A DNA stretch of 64,000 nt from Auanema rhodensis (GCA_964057225.1 OZ059898.1:6386001-6450000), one strand, 5' to 3'; shown: positions 28,601 through 42,764, counted from the first letter of the stretch. Numbers and translations are program-made. The notes: generated by a model from the letters alone, not told the origin.

Positions 28601-31538
28601 TCAGTGTTAATATATAAATATATATTTATATTGAAATAAGTTGTACATACGTGATTGATGTTCGATTAATAAGAGATGAGTGATATATTCATCAGTTAAT
28701 TATTTTCTTTTTAACTATGCCTCATATCTTCTATATATATATTAGATTTATAAGTATAATCTTACTTCTAACAGTTGTATACTTAAAATCATATGAAGAA
28801 ATAAGTAAAAAAGAAACGTTAAGATGATAGAAAGATTGTAGATAATAGATACATAGTTGAAGAAGAAGTATTATAATAGTTATCGGAAGATACGAAAGAA
28901 AAAAAAGTTTATAAGAGGTGGATAGATATGTAATTGAATCTCTTGTATCAGCAGCAATCGAAAACCTCGTCTACATACAGGACTAAGGTTGACTTTCCAC
29001 CTCGGGGTCAGCTAGCTAACCTCTTACTAACTTTTGTAATTTAAACAAAAAAAGACAATGCTAAATCGGTCGCCCGTGTAAGAACTTTGCTTTTTTAAAA
29101 TTGTACCAAATTGCCAAAACATTCATTCAATATACAATGTTGGAATGAATGTCCTCTTCTTTTTTTTTAAAATCAATTCAATCGTTCAACTCCAAATGAA
29201 AAAATGAAATATCTTCATATGTTTATATCTTACTTGAAATATGATTAAAGGTTAATATATGATTGAAAAGATGTTGCATAATATTTTGATTGATTTCTTT
29301 AATTATATTTCAAATAATTGAAACAAATACGATAAACCTTTACTGGACCGGAAGTGAGCACACTAAAAAAACCAAAAAGAGACCGAAAGGAAGACATATT
29401 GATGCATTTTCTTAATGATGGTCCAATCTCATAACTTGTCCTTTCTCATCAAACTGTTTGAATAATTTGTTCTCTACGAAATAATTTTTCCTCATTACTT
29501 TGGGATCGTCCTTCTTATAACATCGGTAGACGTCTTGCATTTGTCTCTGTGTATGTTTGGTTTAAGGCCTTCAGTTAAGGGATTAGAGGAAGGTAAGATA
29601 GGAAAAACAGTATGAAATATGAGAGAACCAGTGAAACATAGGCAAAAAGTTACTTGAAATATCTTCCTTCTCGCTGACCGCCACTTGTTCATCTTAACCT
29701 CGAACTTTTCGCTCTTTGCAATCCCCTTCTTGTTTCTTTTTCTCTCTCTCTATCTCGCTCTCTCTTATTATATCTCTCTCTTTCTATCTTTCTATTTCTT
29801 TTCACCCCTCATTCTCTCTATGGATTTAAAATTGAAATAGAACCAGATTGTGACTTAGACGGTTACAACTCATCTTGGGTAGAAAGCTTTAACTTCTACC
29901 ATCTGGTTCTCATACTGATTGTCTTTTGAGACTCAATATAATGTTGTATGTATGTTAAGAAGAAGCAGAACTTCATCAAGTTAACGTCTTTTTCTCATTT
30001 TCGTTTTTGAAATTAGTATTGTTCATTTGAAAAGCATCTTCTCTATTTTCATTTAGCATTATTTATATTCAATATAAAGAATTAATATTAATTATTATAT
30101 AATATAGTTATATGTAAATTTATAATATTTACTATTCTCTTTTACTATATTACTAATCAATAAGTTCATTGTTTTTTTTTCTATCTTGTTGATTAGCAAA
30201 CTTATGTATATTCGAATCATGGATCATTCAAAAAAAAAAGAAAAAAATGAAAGTTGTTGAAGATTTTCTGAAAGAATACCTATCAATACGATCATCTATT
30301 CAAGTATTACTTTTATATATTTTTACTAAATGGCTAATACACATGATGACACATTGAGATTCTTTTGTTTTTTTCTTTTTCTTCTTTCTTTTTACTTTTA
30401 GTCTTTTTTAGATTTTTTTTTATAAAAATGAAAAATACTGAAAAAGGGAGCAACAACTTATCAGTATCATAGTTATAAAAATATATTTTAGCTATATTAA
30501 AACTTAATTATGTAATTCCTTTTTCAAATTTTTTATTATTATTCTAAGTTATGAAATAATATTATTTTCATCTTTTTAATTTTGACTGTAGGTACGTGTT
30601 CTATGAATGTGCTTTACTTTCCTTTTTATCTATTGGATTATTTCACCTGAAAAAAATGGTTTGCAATGAAAAAATGTCCAATCAACCCATAACTAGTCAG
30701 TAAAAGTCTCAAGTAGAAAGATTGTGTCTGAACACAAAAAAATAAAATAGTTTTACCACTTCTATCGTTTTCTATTGAACTCATTCGATTTCATAGTTTG
30801 AAGTTATTGAGTCTTCATATTTTTGCAAGAAATTCAACATTATTTTCGAGTATTTTACTAGATTTCTTACCTCTCTTTATCGTTCTTTTCCTTTCTCTCT
30901 CTTTCTCTCTCTCTCCCTCTCTCTCTCTCTAATTCTCTAACTTTATCATGATTTTTGTATTTCTCGTACCTTCTTAGATATTTAGCGTGTTTAATGGCAA
31001 AAGTATTCAAAATATATTTTTATTTATCATTTAAAATGTATTATTTGTAAAAGATTACAAAAACTACTCATATTTTCTCTTCTTCACCTTTTCATTACTC
31101 ATTCTGACCTTTTCAATTTACCTAAATATTGCCTTCCGGTTTTCATCATCAGCATCATCATTTTACTCATGTCATCATCATACATCGCAAAGAAATTCTT
31201 CATTTAACATTTAAAAAAAAGTTCAAAAAAAAGCATTTTTCGTCTTAAATGTATATTCGTTGTATTCTAATATTTATTTTTTTAAATTTAAATAAGCTAT
31301 TTTATGATAAATGCTTTGCTTTTTTTTTATATTTCTATCTTTGTGAATACCAAAAAAAACCTGTTAAAATGACAAAGACATCAATTTCTATTTGAATCTT
31401 CAGTATATCGATATATCTCATATAATATGCACATTATTAATAGCTAATGATGTGATAAAAACACCTTATATAATCAATTTTCTGACTTTTTTTTTGATTT
31501 TCTACCACAACTCACCATAACCTCTCTCTTCATCATAT

Positions 31539-31574
<36 letters not shown>

Positions 31575-32493
31575 GACTTTCTCTCTCTCTCTATCCTTTC
31601 TTTCTCTTATTCGTTCTCTTTATGTCTATTACCCTTCATCAACTTGTGTGTCTATCCCACAGTTATTTTTGTTGGATCATATGTATACGCCATTCACAAT
31701 GAGAATTTGGTCATTTTTTTCATTCCGAAAAATCGTTCGCACTGTTCGGCTTTTTACAAAATGTTCGATGAGCCGTATTAGGTTCATGAAAGCCATAAGT
31801 TCTATTAGAATAATCTTCATATTGATGGGAGACAAAAAATATGAATGAAAAAGTTTTTTTTTTCTTTGGAGCTATGTCTTCTGATGTCCTTACCTGCTGC
31901 TACGATTACAGTCATCTTTCAAGTTTTATAAGCAACATACAAATCTAAAATGTTGTTATAAACTATATAAAACATCTTAAATTATATTAATTATTATAAA
32001 TTAATACAAATATATTATTAAAATTCATATATAATCAGAATTGATGTGATTATTTTCAAATCGTTATTCACAGTTATTGATTAATTCTTGGAAAATAATT
32101 CTTTTAGATATGAAATACTGAGGATTGATTTGAGATCATATCAATAAATTTTAGTTTTGATGCTATGTCCTTTTGAGCTAAACTGCTTTGTTTAAATGAC
32201 ATTCATAAGTAATAGGTGATAACCTGAATGTCCTTTTATCTCTTATCATACGTACAATTTGATTTTTCCTTCATTTTCTCTCTCTCTCTCTCTCTCTTTT
32301 TCTCTCTTTATTTCTCCTTCTCCCTCTCTCTCCCTCCCTCCCTCTCTCTCTCTTTTTCTAAAATATGTTTTCTTAAAATTAGGCTCAGTTCAATTACGGA
32401 AATATGGGTTAAGAATCAATCAAGACAGTTCACAATTTCAAAATAATTAAAATTTTAAAAACAATCGAAGAAATCTATATCATTTCCAATTAT

Positions 32494-32527
<34 letters not shown>

Positions 32528-32943
32528 TATATAGAACTATTATTTATTGTATAAGAGATAATTCTCCATCCCCCCTCTAACAGTTTTTTTTTACAAAATT
32601 CACCATTTTAGTTCTTTTTTCCCTGATATGATACATAGCTAGATAGACCTTAGTATATCAACTACATATGTATGTATTTATATTTGTATACATGAGAATA
32701 CTCAAGCCTATATTATACAAGCTGACGAAATACCAAATATGGAAATTCGTACAGTGGCTATTCAACATGAATATAACTCGAGATTCCATTAAAATATTCT
32801 TTCGTTTCTCTTCATCTCTCTCTTTCTCTCTTTTCTAGCTAACATAGTGGTGATCCATGGAATTCACAGATCCCACATTTTTCTCTCTCTCTTATAGAAT
32901 TGAGCTCTCATAACTAAATATATATTAACAATTTACAATAGAA

Positions 32944-32945
<2 letters not shown>

Positions 32946-33001
<56 letters not shown>
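32946..33001 (+). repeat. (CT)n microsatellite, ~27 units
   Basis: Seen directly; further CT tracts at ~22614, 30895, 31542, 47794 and 48666. Confidence 0.97.
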
Positions 33002-33007
<6 letters not shown>

Positions 33008-33422
33008 TTTTTATTATTTCTCTATATCGAAGCCTCTCTAGTTCTTTTTTCCATTTTGCAATTCAGTCAGTTATGTAAAAGAATAACCGAGGGAGTGCAC
33101 CTCATAAAGTATACTGTATGTTTCATATTCTTGAATATTCTTTTAAATAAATAAATATATTTCTATATAATTATATTTATATATTATAATATTATTTATA
33201 TTTTATAATTTTAATTTCTCACTATCTCATTCTTTTCAACAAAAAAAAAACATTGAATATGAATTCAATTAATTCATCAAACTCATGACTTATTTCATGT
33301 TCTTACCGTCTACGATAACTACAATATCCTGAACATCTGTTCTCATCAGAGGTATTTCCGACAGATTTTTAGATGAAACCAATTAACGTCGACCTTAAAC
33401 TTGTCTATTTGATTTGAAGCTG

Positions 33423-33457
33423 ACTGAAAGCTTTCTCAAATTGAGAAAGCTTTCAGT
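33423..33457. repeat. Near-perfect 35-bp palindrome
   Basis: ACTGAAAGCTTTCTCAA-A-TTGAGAAAGCTTTCAGT: 17-bp arms with a 1-nt spacer. Confidence 0.95.
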
Positions 33458-36400
33458 TCAGTCGTAATTTGACCAATAAAAACATCAAACTTCTTTTCAA
33501 AAAAAAAATGTTTGATTGCTCATTCTAATCATTCAATATGCTTCAGGAAATTATGCATTTTCTTATTCTTGTTTCCAATGTTTTCAACTTACGTTTTGTC
33601 TTTATCCGATTTTTTCTGAAAATTTTAATTTTATATTCCTACTCTTATAAAACTTTACTGCCACTTACTGCTCTCGAACCATATTCAATTACTAATTTGA
33701 GAAGTAAAACACATTATCTATCAAGTAGTTTCCTTTCCTCTTCCATCTTTTCGCTTTTCCTGTCCTATCCTTACACCACATCTCTGAGTTCGTCGCTTCT
33801 CTTCCTCTCTCCATTTCTGCTTCAATCACTTACTCAATCACACCTCTTTAGTTTATTGTACTTTTCTTCGTATTTTCAAAAACTCTCCAGTTATTTCAAA
33901 AAAAAAATTTTTTTTTCAGATTTTCATCCAGTACCAGAATGCTAACTTTCTACTCATCTCTTTAGCCTAAAGCTGATTAGATCTCAATTAAATTACTCCA
34001 AAATCACATCATCCATGCTGATTGTAATTTTTTTTCAGCTTTCAGAAACCGTTTAAGGTCAAACAAAACTTATTTGTCCTCTTAGCATTTTTTTTTGTAA
34101 ATTCATCTCGCCTCACTGACATTTTCATGTCTACCAGATGAACTATTGAATGTTTTAAAAATACAAAAAAACGTACGAAACAGTTAGAAGAAATGAGAGA
34201 CAGAGTTACAAGAGAAAAAGAAGAAGAAATAGTGTATAAAGATTCTAGCATGCGATGAGGTCTACTATCTTCATATAAACATTACGCTCGACTCAAAAAT
34301 CTTCATCCCCTCTCCCTACAAATACCCATTTTGTTTTATTTTCTCTTCTAGATCTCTTATTTCGAAAAATTTAGTATTTAGCAAGTTAAATAACTTACAA
34401 AAATATATTTTTTCTTTTTCTTCTTCTTCTATAAATATTCTTAAAGTTCGTAGATTTATAGAGAACATGTATGTATATATGTGTTTGCAGACAGATTTGA
34501 AACAACAAATCCTAACTGCTGCTGTTGTGATTTTATTTTTTATTTTTCACCCCTATCCTTATGCAAATGTCTTTATTCTCAAGAAAGAAATGCCTAAACT
34601 CTCTATAATTCTAGAAGTATTTTCTTGTTTCAGTTTTTTTTTTCAAATCAAAATCAAGTTTTGTACCTGGCAGAGCCAACTTGCAATCGCTCCGGTTATC
34701 TAGTTAGTATCGACATCAGTCGGATATTCTTGAGCTTTAGCTTTTTTCAGAATAGAATTTCAAATCCTTTTTTTATCTGTTAGAACGTTTCTTTTGTCTT
34801 TTTTTCATTTCATTTCATATCAAACGTTAACTATTAAGTATTATTATTATCTTTTTTTATTTCTTATTCTAAATGTTCTACAACTGTTAAAGTACATGAA
34901 ATTGAAAGCTGAAAAACGTGTGTTTTCTTTTTCTTCAAACAGGTTTTAAGAACATCATATAACATATATCAAACAAAAATTAAATAAAAATATCACAAGT
35001 AAGAAATTTTTCTTCTTCTTCTTCTTCTTTCTGAGCAAAAAAATTTGATTAAAATATGGATAGACATACATGTGTATGTAGAAAGGAGAAACGAAAGCGG
35101 TAGAGAGAGATAACACAAGGGTAAGAGAAGACCTTTAGCGTCTATGGGTCGTCCGGACACATGTAACGGAAGTGCATAAAGTAAGTGGCACTTAGATACT
35201 TCGATATTTCGGTTCTATCTGGTTCCTTTTTAACTTATACTCTTATTCTCTTCGTTCTCTTATAATATTACTCAATCTCTATGTATATCCTTCCCCTCAT
35301 CTTCATGCCTTATATACTCTCTTTATCTTTTTCCGTTTTTCAATACATGAACGAACAGATGAGAGAAAGTGGTGAGGGTCGAACGGAAATATTACCAGTT
35401 GTTATAATAGGTCCTTCTAGGTAGACTTAAAAGGCAAAATGTCTTGTGTTAATCATTTTCAACATCAAATATTTAATTTATATTACGAGAGAAGAGGTTT
35501 ATCTTAATATGTATAAACTACTTATGTTTCTTATAATCTTTTGCATATTCTAAATGTTTATTTCAAATAGTTTCCTTACTTACATTTACCCTTATGAAAA
35601 GCTAGCTTCTCCTTTTTTTCTAGATGCTTCTTGTACTTGATTCAACATCTTCATTTCATTGATTAATCATAGTCATAAAAGCGTCTATGCTATACAGTCT
35701 TTGACTAGCTATAATCATGTATTTCAATCAATTCAGAATTATCAATAAGCAACGTTAGCAATCGTTTATAGAGCATTCTCTCTCTCTCTCTTTGAATATA
35801 ATCTTCTACAAGATAGTAACTAGCTTGTGCTTCATCATTCAAAACCTTCATCATCATCATCATCATCATTATCATCAGTATCAGCAACATTACTACTTAT
35901 CCCAATGTTATGTGTTTATTAGCTTATAAAGCTTCGGTACATATACATATATCTATACTTATCTATCTGTTATATCATTTCAAAAGGCGTTCATCACATC
36001 AAACAATCAGTTTTATTTTATCTTTATCTACTCTAATTCTCTTCAATTTCTTTTTTCTATCTTATATTCACGGTGCCCTGTGCCTATTACCAGTTACCGG
36101 CATTTTTGCGCTTTATCTATAACATATACCACATCTTTCCCGGTTTCTATAGCGAATAGTTCTTAAATAAGAATATACCCGGTTTTTCGACATAGACGAT
36201 GTGGATGGGTGGTTACTGGGTGATGTAACAGGGTTCTAAAGCATTCGAACTGAGATAGATATACGAGAATCCGATCAAAAGAGAGAGTAAGAGAAAGAGG
36301 AGCGGGCTTCTGTGAGAACGCTAACGACGACGAGTATCGTTCAAACTAAGAACCACCACACATGGCTATCAGCAGGCGTAGATCGAGAACCGACAAGCTA

Positions 36401-39400
36401 AGCACGTCAACACGGGTATCGAAGGGGAGGGGGGAAAGAAGAGAACATTCAGAATTCCAATTCTAAACTTTACCATATTTGGCGTGTGTTTTATCTTATA
36501 TCTCACTACATTCAACTGATTTGTTTGCCCTTCTATTACACTAAATACTCACATATATGTATATGTTCTCTATTAAAATTATTCAAATTGTAATATTTGA
36601 AAAGAGAAAACATTTTAAATTTATTGATTTTTAAAAAATATTTTATAAAAAAAAGAAAAAAAACTTTTATTTTGAATAAGTTTATCTATATCTATCTATA
36701 CATAGTATGTACCATATGTAGATTCTCTTTAACATTATATAGAAAAACTATATTATAACTATATATAAAGTATTCATATATATTTATATATACTATACTA
36801 TACTATATATATCTATCTATCTATCTCTATCTATATATCCTTTTTTTTCTTTTTTTCAGTTCAAAATCATAGAATTATGATGAAGAATACTACTTGGAAA
36901 CATGGGTTATTGCTTATTCTATTCATTTCATTCAATTGTTACTACAGGATTTTCCAATTCGACCCACAAACTAACTAAAGCTTAGATATGAACCTCCGAT
37001 TTCTTAGAATAATTAATGTTCTTGTCGAGACCAAATTTTCTTTGAGTTAGTTCTGACTTCATTATATATTGTATAGAAAACAATGTGAATCACTGAGCCA
37101 CATGTAATAGATATAGGGGAAGCGATCTTCTATATTTTACGGTTGAGGTTAGATTCACCAAATATTCCATAATTTTATATTTTGTTCAATCTTTCTAATA
37201 GATTTGCAACATATTTTTATAAGTTTCTACATAGTATATTTAGAAAACTTTAAAACTTATTCAGTATATCTTACTCATTTCAAATAATATATAGATTATT
37301 AGATAGATTATATATCTTTTTTTACTTTTATAGTTAAAAAAATAATTTTTTATTATTATATAATTCAATTTATAGTAATACTTGTACTTTTATATACAAT
37401 TCTTCTTAATATCAACCATTTTATTAACAAACATTTTAAGAATTTTGTTTTTTAAATATAATTTTATAAACAAAATAATTCATTGAAGTTTGTAAAAATA
37501 AGAAAAAAAAATTTATTATAAAGTTACTAAGTTAGAAAGAAGTGGATGAAATTCAATTATCCCAAACATATAAAACTGGTTGAACATCCAAACACTATAT
37601 TTTCGAGAAAACAATGCTTTTCATAAGAACTAAGAAACTTTTTTTCGTTTCTAACAAATAAAAAAAAAAATATTTTATATATAACATCATCATCATTATT
37701 AATATTATTTTATCTTTTTTTCTAATATTTGAAAGTATTATATTTGATGTCTCACACATCAACACATCCATACATCCATACATGTTCATATCTTTGTAAT
37801 TTCTTAACTAACATCTTAACTATACTAAGAAAGTGAAAATTACTTTGATAGAGGGAGAAATAAAGAGAAGAAAGAAGAGAGAGAGACAGGTATGATTAAG
37901 AGCAGATTGGTGTGAAAACCTAAGATGATGAAAAGATTGTCAACAGAAGATTACTTCTCATATGATCCTATGGATAATCTTTTACTAAAGATACTCTCTT
38001 TAATAAGTGCATTACCTATATTACGTATGAAATTAAGTAAATTATAAAACAATAATATTCTAAATATATATATTAATCTTTACTAGATTTATTTATTTAT
38101 TTATTATACATTATCTATTCTCATAAAATTTCTGTATATGTTTATCCATATATCTATATGTAACTTCTCATATTCATTCATGATTGTATGTCCTTTGAGA
38201 GCTAGAACTTCATCCATCTTTGTCTTCGAACTTCAAGCTCCATAAATGTCCAATTTGTCATATTTCCAAGACATTTAAAGCCAATTTATCTTATTTTCAC
38301 AAGAAAACATATAGTATAAATTTACCTTTTTAAAAAAAATTTAATTTAAACTTTAAATTTACATAATTTACAAAGATTTTCTGTTTCTTAGCTTCAAGCT
38401 CTAGCATTTTGTTCAATGTGGCATGTCTCCTCTGTGTCTAGCCTTATATCTGCCTCAGCTTTCCTCCACAGATGTTCACACCATCACAACACTCTAGCCA
38501 TCTTTTTCTGCATGTCTAACACCCTCTCTAATATACATATATCTTACTTCTCCTATGGTTCTACGCAACAAGCTTGAGAGCATGCTGCAAGCGTGGGGTT
38601 ACTGTAGCCTGACAATCATTTCCGTTGCTCTTTTTGTACTTTGAAACAAATTTTGCAAACCTTTTCAAAAAGTAAAAGAAATAAAATTATATTTAATCTT
38701 ATATCTCTTATATATTAACTATTTAAATGAATTTACTGTATATTAAAAGTTATAAAATGATATATAAACCTGTTTTTTCTGTATTTTCTTCAATAAAAGA
38801 TTATAATTATAATGATTGCTTCGTCGGTAAGCTCTAATCATCTAATAGCATTCTAACATTCTCTCCTTCTATATCTATTTGCTTATATTTCTTAGTAATA
38901 TTACCTTAATTCATATACAAATCATAGAGATCTAAGATCAAATCTTTGAACATACTTTTGATTTTTCTTTTATTATCTTTATCCTCTTATATATATATTT
39001 AAGTCAAGTAATTGATGTTTCATTTTTGATTATTACACCTTATTGATTTTCATTTTAAACAAATTTTTGGTTAATATCTTTTCTTTTTTTTTATTTATTT
39101 ATTTATAAATAATATTTATATTTAATAATAGATAAGAAACTTATATTACTATAATCAGAATAATATCCAAAATGTGATGATTTGAATGAAAAGTTATACT
39201 GAACATCATCATCATCATCATCATCAGAAGGACAATATATTCACTCTAATTCTATGAGTTTTGTATCTCAGACAGAAATTTATCAAGGACACTTACTGAT
39301 TCCACCTTCTAGCTACTTTTTTTTTATATTGACATCACCGTTCATCTTCATTCTCTTGCTGTATATCTATCCTCAAACTTTTTTTTTGAGTTACGGTACG

Positions 39401-42400
39401 CAGTTATGAGGTCGAAATCATCGTCGCCTTCTTCTATGTCTGTTCTTTTATTAGATTGGATGTTGAACCATCCAACCGTATGCCCATCAAATTTTGTTGG
39501 TTACAATCATTCTCTCACTCTTATTAGTTGTTCCTTTTTTTTTCTTTATATCTCAAATATGAATCATTTGAATGAGATGTTTTTTTTCTTTCATTTTATT
39601 ATACGAATATTATGGTATTTGAGTGACTTTAACTATATTTTAACTATATAGATATCTACTAACTAATAAACTTCACCAATACTTTCATTAGAATTCTTAT
39701 AACCAACTTCTTGAACACAAAACCACGCCCAATTCTTGTTTTAACTCACTCTCCTTATCTTTTCAGTTGTTTCTCTTCATTTTTCAAAGTTTTTTTTTAA
39801 AACTGAATTAACTTTCAGATATTTCTCGTTTAACTTCTTCTTCGTCTTCTTCTCACTGTCCACTTCAAATCATCAGCTTTTCTCGTGCCGTGTTAGTATA
39901 AACACATTTTGGTAGTTTATATGTGGGTAAGCGGTTGCCACCATAACCACCCGTTCTCTCTGCTCATTCTCTTTCTCTCTCGTATTCTATATACATCTAC
40001 CACAATCTCTCCACAACGTGTGGTCCTAGCTCTACTTCGGTCCCGTACATACATACACTCATATAACTATCCAGACTTTTCTGTTCTAGCTGCTCCAACC
40101 CTACTTCCACCAGCACCACCACCACAAATACCAACCATCAGCCTAACCAAAGCATCAACCAGATGCCTCGATTACGTCCCCGAGACATAGACAAATTGAA
40201 ATTCAGTTATAAACTCAACTGATTCACATCGTTATTCTCTCCCCCCCTCGCTTTCCCCACTTTACTGCCTATTTTCAAGTCATTCATACGGTATATCATA
40301 CATGTATGTCCATATCTATGAAACAAGAATGAATATATCTGCACTTTATTACAATTTCCTCTCAATAAAAAACTTTTTTTATTTTTTTTAAATAAAAAAT
40401 TTAATTTGAAAAAAACTTTTTTTTTCATGCAATTACTCTTATTCTATTTTTTCTAAGCTTTTTATTAATTAAATTGTTTTGTATACTCAAGATATTATGT
40501 ATTTTTTAATTTTAAAGACAACAACTTCTTCATGTTTTCTTTTATTTTCTTTTTTTTTTGATAACTTATTCATATATATATATATTTCTTTCTTTTAATA
40601 ATTTGAAAAGTTTTTTCTTTTAAATGTTAACTAAACTTTATTTTTTCAGGAAAAAGTTCTTTTTCGTCTGATTGCTCAAACATCTGTTAGCCAGCGTGTG
40701 GCTACACAAAACCTCCTCTTGTTTGCATCTTTCCTTTTTAAGCTTCATATATTCTTGTCAACGACTACAGTAATCCATTTTCATAGGATCTATGTATTTG
40801 AAATATTATTTCATACAGAAAAATGATGATTTTACTAATACAGTTCTAACTTTCTATGATGAATATTCTATATTCTCTTTTGTAAATTCATGAGAAATAG
40901 AGGATGAAAATTTATGAAAATAATGACATCATAACAAAAAGAAAATGATTAATTAATCAATTTAAGTTTTTGTTTTATAGTTTAACTATAATTTGTTTAT
41001 AAAAAAAGTTAACTAAATAGAGTATTTTTCTTTTATAATTAGTTGTCAAATGACAACATACTTATCAAAGATTTTATAATAATATTATTCTTTTAAATTA
41101 TATTTTTAATTTATAAGAATTTATATTAATTATATATGTTATATCATATAATACTTAACTATAATATTTAATTTTTTAAAAAAATTTTTATTATTAGTTT
41201 TATTAAGTACAATGAAATAATAATTTATTTTATACATATAGAAGCTATGATTATTCTCATATAACTGTTAGAAATAATTCCAATTTTTCGTATTTTCTAT
41301 TAATCTCTAATATATTCAGTAATACGTGGTTCAGTTCACACACATGCAATCATCAAAGAATAGAGAGAACTAACTGTGGCTCAGTGAAATTCGAGAGAGA
41401 GATATAGAGAATGGAACTGCACATTCGAACGATAGTTCATGATGGTATCAAAGATACAAACGTACCCTTTCATTGCTCTTTTGCTTATATTTCTCTCTCT
41501 CTTTCATTCTTTCTCTCTCTCTCTTCATGTTTTACTCTCTCATTTCTCTCTCTTTTCTCTTTCTATATCACCCTTACTCTCATTTAACTTTTAACTATTT
41601 GACAAGAGAAAAGTTACATTCATACTCATTGTACTGAACAACAAACGGTATTCTTTTTCAGTTTTAAACGTTTAATATAATTTATTAAAATATAAATATA
41701 TAAATATATATACTATACTATACTACTGTTTCCTATTTTCACTTGTTTTCTTTCCCAAACTTTTTTTTTAATCAAAATATCATATAAGCAATAGCGTTGC
41801 AATTCTGACGGATCTTCTTTTTCCTAATCCTAAATAAGGGATTGATGAAAACACGATAAGAAGACAAAATTTCTTTCATAGAATATCAGTTTTTTTTCTT
41901 TTCTTTCTCTCATTTTCCTTATATTTCTTTTATATTTTTGAAACAACTTTTTTTCTTATTCTCTCCTCTTTTCTTTTATATTTCTCATTACAGTATTTTG
42001 AGTATTTTTGAATATTAAAATATATTTTGTATTTTCAAATTTTGTTTTCAAAAGATTGAAGAAAAATTTATATAATTATTTAAATAATAAATTATAATAA
42101 TTAAATAATTAAAAATATTATATAATAGATATGTAGATCTACTTAAATAACTTGAAACCACTGCTTATATTCTGAATCTATAGAATTTTTTCGAATACCG
42201 TTAACCTGTTGTCTTAAATCTAAGATAGCCGAGAAACATATTTTAGTTTTATCTGATTTAACTTGTTCTGCATTTCAAAACAAACTTTAACTAGTTAGAA
42301 CCTTAAACATAGGATTTAGATCGGTTTTGATTGGTCGCAATGAATTCATTTACATTCTTACAATCTATTAACTAACCTTATTCATATAACTCTTTTATAT

Positions 42401-42764
42401 TTTAGAATTTTAGAATATCCATCTACCCTCTTCTCTTTAAGGATAATCTGCCGAAAGTTTCCGTTTATTGTCTATATTTAAAGTTTGGAAAAAGTCAAGA
42501 CGAACATGAAGAGATTCGTGAGTCGTGCATGTGTCAGGGGAAGTTCATCCATCATCCTGTAGATCGCACGGCGGTTATTGTCACTCCACTTCATAACCGA
42601 TTAGCCTGTCTGCCAGCGGTTCATGATTCGTCCCCTGAGGCAAGCCATCACCTCTCACTCTTTCCTTCTGTGTGTATCTGTGTGTATCTGTGTGCGTGAG
42701 TGGTGTGAGTGTATGTGTGTATCATGTGTAAGTGTAGATATTCCACTCGCTATTCGTCTCGGGA

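Noticed and set aside
42538-42550. GGGAAGTTC resembling RNase P CR-I
   Set aside because: No complementary CR-V segment forming P4 was found.
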